DNA of 53,655 nt, taken from IMG/VR virus record IMGVR_UViG_3300017971_000063, positions 1 to 53,655 of that record. One strand, given 5' to 3'. Numbering within the stretch: position 1 is the stretch's first letter; each line of letters opens with the position of its first letter. Both the position numbers and the translations under genes were made by a program. Positions 47,416-53,655 of this stretch are shown in pieces. Origin of the DNA: a virus. Its lineage: Duplodnaviria; Caudoviricetes. The notes beneath the pieces are model-generated. The model saw nothing but the letters and a program-made list of their open reading frames with translations, was not told the origin of the DNA and searched no databases.

Positions 47416-47790
47416 ATGATGTCACCGAAGAAGAAGGGAACGAAGAAAAAGAAGAAGGAAGAACCGAAGGACCCGGGACTTTCGTCGGAGCCGACTGCCG
47501 CCGCGCCGGAACCGAATGTCGAACCGAAACCGGCACCGAAGCCGGAACCGCCGAAGAAGGCCGCACCGCCGCCTCCGCCGCCTCCTCCGCCGCGCCGGAC
47601 GATCAAGGACGCGCTCGGCGCGCCGAAGCAAGTCGTCAATCCGAACGACGCGCGGTTCGCTGTCTCCGACGCGCGAGACCTCCCGCCTCTTCCGGACGAC
47701 TACGACGTAAACATGGCGGAGCGCGTGACGAAGAAGGACGGCGTTCGAATCTATCACTTCGCCGACGGGACGAAGTTCCGCGATCGGTAG
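47416..47790 (+). CDS. Lys/Pro-rich hypothetical protein
   Basis: GGGAGG SD; poly-Pro tract. Confidence 0.65.
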   Translation: MMSPKKKGTKKKKKEEPKDPGLSSEPTAAAPEPNVEPKPAPKPEPPKKAAPPPPPPPPPRRTIKDALGAPKQVVNPNDARFAVSDARDLPPLPDDYDVNMAERVTKKDGVRIYHFADGTKFRDR

Positions 47791-47823
47791 TAATAACGGG
47801 AAGGAAATCGAGGGAGGGAAACG

Positions 47824-49998
47824 ATGTTCGACTTTTCAGAATCGAGACAACTATTCGGATCGCCGGGAGGGAAGTCACGTCTCGCGTCGCTCATCGTTTC
47901 CTACTTCCCGGATCACGATCTTTACGTCGAGGCGTTCGCCGGGGGCGCGGCGGTGTTCTTCGCGAAGAAGGAGAGCAAGGCCGAAGTTCTCAACGACGCC
48001 GACCCGGAGATCATGAACGCCTATCGAGCGTTTCAGGACAACGACCTCGCGGCGATCGAGAAGGCGATCGAGGCGTTCGATTGGAACCTCAAAAGCCGGG
48101 AGCAATGGGAGAAGATCAGGGACAAGAAGAAGGAAGGTCTCGTCGGCGCGTTGGAGTTCCTCTTCTCTCTTCGATCGTCGTTCGCGTGGAACCGCCGGGA
48201 CTTCGCTCCGTATTTGATCGGGACGTCGAGGAAACCGAGGATCAAGGCCGCGTCGCTCGAACGCTTGCAAGCCGCGAAGCTCGTCAACAAGTCATGGGAG
48301 AAGATCGTCGAGGAATACGACTCACCGCGAACGCTATTCTATTTCGACCCGCCCTACTCGTCGAAGTGGACCGGAAAGACGAACCCGAATCCGGACGGAA
48401 GCAAACGGGAAGGATTCGACTTCTGGAAATTCGCGTCGTCGATCAAGGGAATCAAGGGGAAGTGGATTCTCTCTTGTCAAAAGGACGTGACGACCGAGGC
48501 GTTCTTCAAGAAGTTCGAGAAGCGCGACGTCGTTCAACGGAACAGCTTCAAGACCTACGATCCGGGAATGAAGAAACAACGAGTCGAACTCCTCGTCGCG
48601 AACTTCCCGCTCAAAACGAACGAGGCGTTCGTCGAGGCGATCGACTTCAAGATCGATCAATACGATCCGACGAAGGTCAACGACAAGCAACTCGCCGATG
48701 ATTGGAAGCTCCTCGTCGCGAAATATGCGGCGTTGCAAAAAGGGGAGGAGACCGAGTTCGATTCGATTCCCGATCTACTCGATTTCGCCGACGACGTGTT
48801 CAACGAGATTCGGCGGCGCGGGAAGATCAAGCTCGACTTCGACGGCGCGGAGGTTTATAAACAATTCCTCCGCGCGATGTTGCGGCGCAACGTGAATGAA
48901 GGTCCGGTCCTCCCGGCGATCGACGCCGAGTTGATCTTCAAGGGAGAGAAGAAGGCGATCACGAAGGGCGAGCGCGTTCCGTATCTCGAAGCGCTCGGAC
49001 TCCTTTCCTCGGCGCGGATCGCATGGGGATGGCTCCGCGCGAAGGCGCCGGTCGAGGTCGACGTCGAGGAGTTCGACAAGCGATTCGAGGAACACAAGGT
49101 CACGGCCCGGGCGAGGGAGATTCGATTCCCGGGAGCGCGGAAGCTCTTCCTCTACGAGATCGACGGCTTTCTTCCATTGCTGAAACCCGAGAAGGTCAAG
49201 GGAATCGAGAAGGATGAGCCGTTCGCGAGAGACGTCCGGTTCGCGAAGGAGTCGCTCGTCCCGGAGAGCGCGGACCTCGAACAACTCTCGGACCTCGATC
49301 TCGTCACACTTCACGGCTCAATACACGAAGAGGCGTTCGAGTTCATGTCGTCGAATCCGCCGGACAAGGGATTCCCGGAGACGATGGTCGATCGTCACTT
49401 CCTCGTCGTCAAGGAATACGAGCGGCGCGAGATCGAACATCCCGTTTTCTCCGCGCTCGATCTCGCGACGAACAAGTTCGAAAAGAAGTCCGCAGTCGCG
49501 AAGGAGCGGATCGAGGTCGCCGAATGTTTGAAGTTGTGGGGCCGGGAGTTCACGATCAGAAGTCCGCTCCTCTCGATCGTCGATGGTGCGATCGACTCCG
49601 GGTTCGCCGAGACGCTTCAAGTTCAAGTCAATGCGCCGGAACACGACCGCGAGTTCTACGATACGCTCGCCGGAAAACTCGTCGAATCACTTCCGGGGAT
49701 AATGAAGGACCGAATCGAGTTCGTCGTCGATCAGGGACGCGAGGTCCGGTCGCGCTATCTCCCGATCGCCGATCTCGTCGTTCGATTCCGTCGACCCGAG
49801 GACCGGAAGATCGTCAACGAATCAACGCAGTCGATCAAGGAACGACGTCAAGCGATCGCAAGAACGAGACATCAGGGAGAACAAACGCGGAGAGCCGACA
49901 AGATCGAGGTCGGTCGGTATTTCGTACCGATCAAACGACGGAAACTACATGCAAAGGAGAGCGCGTCGGAATGGGCGAACGAAATCAAGGCGGAGTGA
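47824..49998 (+). CDS. Dam-like (D12 class) DNA adenine methyltransferase fused to about 450 aa of unknown domains
   Basis: SPGGKSRLA, YVEAFAGGAAVF, EVLND, FYFDPPY, ELLVANF. Confidence 0.88.
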   Translation: MFDFSESRQLFGSPGGKSRLASLIVSYFPDHDLYVEAFAGGAAVFFAKKESKAEVLNDADPEIMNAYRAFQDNDLAAIEKAIEAFDWNLKSREQWEKIRDKKKEGLVGALEFLFSLRSSFAWNRRDFAPYLIGTSRKPRIKAASLERLQAAKLVNKSWEKIVEEYDSPRTLFYFDPPYSSKWTGKTNPNPDGSKREGFDFWKFASSIKGIKGKWILSCQKDVTTEAFFKKFEKRDVVQRNSFKTYDPGMKKQRVELLVANFPLKTNEAFVEAIDFKIDQYDPTKVNDKQLADDWKLLVAKYAALQKGEETEFDSIPDLLDFADDVFNEIRRRGKIKLDFDGAEVYKQFLRAMLRRNVNEGPVLPAIDAELIFKGEKKAITKGERVPYLEALGLLSSARIAWGWLRAKAPVEVDVEEFDKRFEEHKVTARAREIRFPGARKLFLYEIDGFLPLLKPEKVKGIEKDEPFARDVRFAKESLVPESADLEQLSDLDLVTLHGSIHEEAFEFMSSNPPDKGFPETMVDRHFLVVKEYERREIEHPVFSALDLATNKFEKKSAVAKERIEVAECLKLWGREFTIRSPLLSIVDGAIDSGFAETLQVQVNAPEHDREFYDTLAGKLVESLPGIMKDRIEFVVDQGREVRSRYLPIADLVVRFRRPEDRKIVNESTQSIKERRQAIARTRHQGEQTRRADKIEVGRYFVPIKRRKLHAKESASEWANEIKAE

Positions 49999-51090
49999 AA
50001 AAGAAGATCAGGATCGAGAAGGTCGTCTCGACGATCAGCGCGATCTTGTATCCCGGCGCCGAGTGCGACGTTCTATCAGAGACCGCCGATCATTATATCG
50101 TCCCGATCTCGAAGGCCGGTCACGGCGCGATCACCGTTCCCAAAAGCATGGCGACGGTCGTTGAGAAAAATCGTTTTTGAAAGGAGCCAATAATGGCGAC
50201 AACGAAGGAAATTTTCGAACAGAAATACGGGAAGATCGTCAACTACGGAGGGAAGGACGGACACGGCAAGGGGAAGGGGATGCCCGGGGGCGGACGGAGG
50301 AATCAGAATACCGGACCCGGGAAGGCCGACGGTCCCGGCTACGGACAGGGAAAGGGAAGAGGGAAAGGACTCAATCGTTGAAGTGGATCGAAACTATCGT
50401 CGTGATCTTCCTCGTGAGTCAAATCATCGAGAGCGCGGCGATCCTCGTTTTCGTGATCCGGACCTATACGAAGGCCGGACCATTCGAATGTCTCACGAAA
50501 AAGAAAGGAGATCGAATTGTTGAGAAGTGAGAAGAGGGCGATCCGCGAACTCGCGCGATGCTTCAAGCTCGACTACGCTCACGTCAAGGGAGTCTACTTG
50601 ATCGCGAAGAGACGAATGATCAAAGCCGGGATCGACGACGAGTCGGATTTCCCGAAACGAGCGATCGATCTCATGCGTCGGAATCGACCGATGGTCACTC
50701 GCGGGATTCACGATAAAGGAGTTCCGTCGCATCCTATAACGAGGACGTTCAGTTGATCGGAGGTTTCAGATGGCGAGAACTTTTGATTCTCACGGTCGGA
50801 ATATTTCTTCTCGCGGCGATCGCGCTTCGAAAGCCGAGGTTCATTTTGCGACTTCCGTCGGTCCCGCCGCCGGAGGACAACTATCCGAGGATCGGAGGAG
50901 TCAGGATTTGAGCGACTATCGAAAGAACTTTCAACTCGTCGGAGCGATCGCGCTCGCGTTCCTATTCGTGATCGGTGGTATCGTTGGATGGTACGTTCGA
51001 GATATAGTCGAAGCGAAGAAGTCGGAACGCCGTTCGGAAATCTACACTCCGAATATACCGAAGGAGAAACTCTATGCCTTACCCAAATGA
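49995..51090 (+). CDS. Small ORFs: 49995-50180, 50193-50381 (Gly/Lys-rich), 50378-50530 (membrane), 50517-50756, 50770-51090 (membrane)
   Basis: SD motifs and overlapping starts/stops. Confidence 0.55.
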
Positions 51091-52306
51091 ACACGCGGCG
51101 CGGATCAATCTCCCGGGCAAGTTCGAACAAATGCGTCGGAAGAACGACGAGTTCGGAGACGGAATCGACGTGATCTTCGGGATCACGCGCGACGGCAAGA
51201 CGGAGGTTCAGGCGATCCGCTTCGACAAGACGAAGTTCACGGTCGAGCAAGCGCGGAAGTGGTTGAAGGATCACAACTATAAACCGATCGAGTTCGAGAA
51301 GGCGAAGGAGTCCGAGGCGCTTCCGGTTGCGATCGAGGCGACGCCGATCCGGCGCGGCGTCCGGGTTCAAGTCCATTGCGAGAACACCGAGTCGATCAAG
51401 CTACTCACGACCGATGGGATCGACCGCGCGTCCTCCGAACCGGAGATCGTCGCCGAGTTGAAGAAGAACTCGCGGAACTTCCCGCTCGCCGCCGACGGCG
51501 TGATCGTCGAGGGCCGTCTCTACATCGACGACATTCTCGTTTTCGCCGCCGAGGATATTCACAACGAGCCGCTCTCGCTTCGCAGGGACCGAAGAGCAAT
51601 TCCGGCGGGATCGGAGACCGTGATCTTCGAGGCCGGAGTCGTCGCGGAAACCGATTCGAAACTTGCCGAGGCGATCGAGGAAGTCTCGAAGAATGAATAC
51701 AGCGAAGGCGCGAGGTTGAGGTTGTTGAACTCCGGATATTCACTCAACGGAGAGACGGAAGCGGAGATCGAGATCGGAGATCAACTCTCGTTGAAGGCCG
51801 AGGTTCTCGAAGCGACGCGCGCGGCGGATTCCCCGGCGTTAAATTATACCTTGAACCTACGCTCCGAAGATGGTCGAATCGTTCCTCTCGGGAAGTTCTA
51901 CAACGTTCTCACCGATCAACAAATCCCGATCGGCGGAATCGTCCGCGTTTGTTTCGAGAGCTTGAAGGTCTACAACGATACGCGGACAGGCGAGACATGG
52001 TTCTCGGCGCGGAATCCTCGATCGATCAAGTATCTCCCGGAAGAACAAAGACCGGACACCGAGACGACCGCGAGAACTCTCGCGCGAGAGATCGAGGAAT
52101 CGATCGAGTCGAAGAATCTACCGAAGCGATACGCGCTCGCGATTCGTCGGCGCCGCGATCTCTATAAACGGATCGAAACCGAGGCCGAATATCTCGCGGA
52201 GAACTTCGAGCCGATTGCGGACTTGAACGAGGCCGAAGGTTATCGTTTACGATGCGGGGCGGTCGAGGAAGATATAATCGAGAGCCGGAAGGCGGCGAAG
52301 AATTGA
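51074..52306 (+). CDS. Head-module protein with degenerate ATP-dependent DNA ligase-like domain
   Basis: N-terminal PYPNEHAAR domain; G.RVQVH, ADG.I, IDDIL..EDIHNEPL..R, EGARLR...SGY, OB-fold-like tail; KxDG lysine absent. Confidence 0.6.
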   Translation: MPYPNEHAARINLPGKFEQMRRKNDEFGDGIDVIFGITRDGKTEVQAIRFDKTKFTVEQARKWLKDHNYKPIEFEKAKESEALPVAIEATPIRRGVRVQVHCENTESIKLLTTDGIDRASSEPEIVAELKKNSRNFPLAADGVIVEGRLYIDDILVFAAEDIHNEPLSLRRDRRAIPAGSETVIFEAGVVAETDSKLAEAIEEVSKNEYSEGARLRLLNSGYSLNGETEAEIEIGDQLSLKAEVLEATRAADSPALNYTLNLRSEDGRIVPLGKFYNVLTDQQIPIGGIVRVCFESLKVYNDTRTGETWFSARNPRSIKYLPEEQRPDTETTARTLAREIEESIESKNLPKRYALAIRRRRDLYKRIETEAEYLAENFEPIADLNEAEGYRLRCGAVEEDIIESRKAAKN

Positions 52307-52509
52307 GAGACGTCCTCGAACGTGAAGGATTCCTCGAACTCAACCGAGACGATCTTCCGCTCACGATCCGCGTCCGGGGTCGCGAGGTCCGCGACTACGT
52401 TATCCGACCGACCGCGAGCGGCGGCGTCGTCATGAACAGGATTCACGAAACGGACCGGACGCAAAAGAAAAAACGCTTGACAGAAAATAGAGTCGATGGT
52501 ATTTTATAG
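52303..52509 (+). CDS. Small HemP-like beta protein
   Basis: LPLTIRVRG...YVIRPTASGGVVMN. Confidence 0.45.
   Translation: MRDVLEREGFLELNRDDLPLTIRVRGREVRDYVIRPTASGGVVMNRIHETDRTQKKKRLTENRVDGIL
52477..52505 (+). promoter_or_regulatory. Late promoter for the capsid operon
   Basis: A tract, then TTGACA-17 nt-TATTTT with an extended -10 TG. Confidence 0.6.
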
Positions 52510-52682
52510 ACGCCTTTCCTCCTTGTTTCCGCATGGGGGAGCGAGGGCGGGAACTTAACTTCCTTCTCTCGCTTTTTTGAAAATGATCCGGCAGGGGCCG
52601 GGGATATATAGACACCGAGGATCGATGGCCGGAAACGGAGCGCGGACCTCGGACAGTCGCGACCATTAGCAAGCGAAAGCAA

Positions 52683-52718
52683 GCGGACGTCGGGCAAGAC
52701 CTCGACGTCCGTTTTTTT
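52683..52718 (+). terminator. Intrinsic terminator just upstream of the protease-capsid gene
   Basis: GCGGACGTCGGG-caaga-CCTCGACGTCCG followed by a T run. Confidence 0.75.
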
Positions 52719-52733
52719 ATGCAGGGAGGCCGA

Positions 52734-53655
52734 ATGAATTTCGGCAGTTTCACAACGGAAGGAATCGGGTCAATTAGTTTCCTCGAATCGAAGGACTCGC
52801 AGGGTCGAAAGTGGCGCGTCGTCGTGATCGAGGAAGGATGGTCGAAGAACGAACGGTTCTACTCGAAGGAGTTGCTCAAAGACTCCGCGAAGCTTTTCGA
52901 GAACGCGAGAGTCAACGCTTTCGAGATGAAGCCGGAATATTACGATCACCTTCCCGACTCGGCGAGAGCCGTCCCGCAAGGTTTCGCGAAAAACCTCGTG
53001 GGCGTTCTCGAAAACGTGCGCTATCAATCACTCCCGGGAAATTCGGAAGGATTGACGGCGGACTTTATCGTCACCGACTCGCAAATGCGGGACACCTTCA
53101 AGAACGCTTGGAACGCCGGGAAGAAAAATCTTCTCGGCTTTTCAATCGACGTCGAGGGAGAGGTCAAGGCCGGAGTCGCGGAAGGACGTCAAGGTCAAAT
53201 CGTCACCGCGATCGAGAAGGTCAATTCGGTCGACGTCGTCTCTCTTCCGGCGGCAGGAGGAAGGTTTCTCCGACTCGTTGCTTCTTACACTTTCAAGGGA
53301 GGAAAAAACAACATGAACCCTCTGGAAAAACTGATTGCGGCTCTCCGGAAGAATCCGGAGATGCTGAAACTCGGTGAGGACGTCAAGATCGAGGAACTCG
53401 ACGACGCGAAGATCGTCGAGATGGTTCTCGCCGCGCTGAAAGGGAAGGACAAGAAGGAATCGGTCGACGAGGCGACGCTCGCCGAAATCCTCGTTCAACC
53501 GAACATCATCGAAAAGGTGATCTCCTTCTTGAAGGACAAGAAGGTCGACGAGGCCGTCGATATGTTACAATCCATGCTCACCGCCTACGCCGCCGGAAAG
53601 AACGGCAAGACCGACGACGGCGCGAGCAAGGAATCGGACGATGACGCGACGGCCG
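52734..53655 (+). CDS. Prohead protease-scaffold-major capsid fusion, 5' part (continues to 1547; about 781 aa in total)
   Basis: ATG 52734 follows GGGAGG. Manual translation gives MNFGSF..KWRVVVIEEGWSKNERFYSKELL..DHLP..GFSID..SVDVVSLPAAGGRF, resembling T4 gp21-type prohead proteases. The frame is open to the window end and matches the ATG at 30. Confidence 0.85.
   Translation, partial: MNFGSFTTEGIGSISFLESKDSQGRKWRVVVIEEGWSKNERFYSKELLKDSAKLFENARVNAFEMKPEYYDHLPDSARAVPQGFAKNLVGVLENVRYQSLPGNSEGLTADFIVTDSQMRDTFKNAWNAGKKNLLGFSIDVEGEVKAGVAEGRQGQIVTAIEKVNSVDVVSLPAAGGRFLRLVASYTFKGGKNNMNPLEKLIAALRKNPEMLKLGEDVKIEELDDAKIVEMVLAALKGKDKKESVDEATLAEILVQPNIIEKVISFLKDKKVDEAVDMLQSMLTAYAAGKNGKTDDGASKESDDDATA
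53533..53655. repeat. Terminal direct repeat (circular assembly overlap), right copy
   Basis: Identical to 1-123. Confidence 0.97.

Noticed and set aside
47500-47600. CCG/CCT-rich tandem repeat as a DNA element
   Set aside because: It simply encodes the poly-proline linker of ORF 47416-47790.
1-53655. HIP1 (GCGATCGC) as evidence for a cyanobacterial host
   Set aside because: The occurrences seem to be part of a general CGATCG/TCGA excess, and no cyanophage marker genes were recognised.

Overview
The window is a complete, circularly assembled tailed-phage (Caudoviricetes, siphovirus-like) genome of about 53,532 bp. Bases 1-123 are repeated at 53533-53655, and the assembly break falls inside a protease-scaffold-major capsid fusion gene. 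All credible genes are on the + strand. Gene order: capsid, neck and tail (with a GT9 glycosyltransferase inserted in the tail module and a -1 frameshift tail chaperone), lysis (two membrane-anchored lytic transglycosylases), an early region, recombination genes, a glycosyl-/methyltransferase cluster, tRNAs, a replication initiator with internal iterons, many small ORFs, terminase, portal, a MuF protein with a toxin-like tail, a Dam-fusion protein, a degenerate DNA-ligase-like protein, and the protease/capsid gene. No integrase, classical repressor, DNA polymerase or helicase was recognised. The most striking unexplained feature is in the early region (18.6-23.6 kb). There, 11 copies of an ~80-nt structured element sit in front of short genes, each ending in the next gene's Shine-Dalgarno sequence, and 10 of the 11 begin at the upstream gene's stop codon. 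The element shows compensatory base changes, a U-G wobble conserved in 10 of 11 copies, and mutually exclusive pairings, which points to an RNA processing or switch cassette array. All product calls come from motif recognition by eye; no database search was run.
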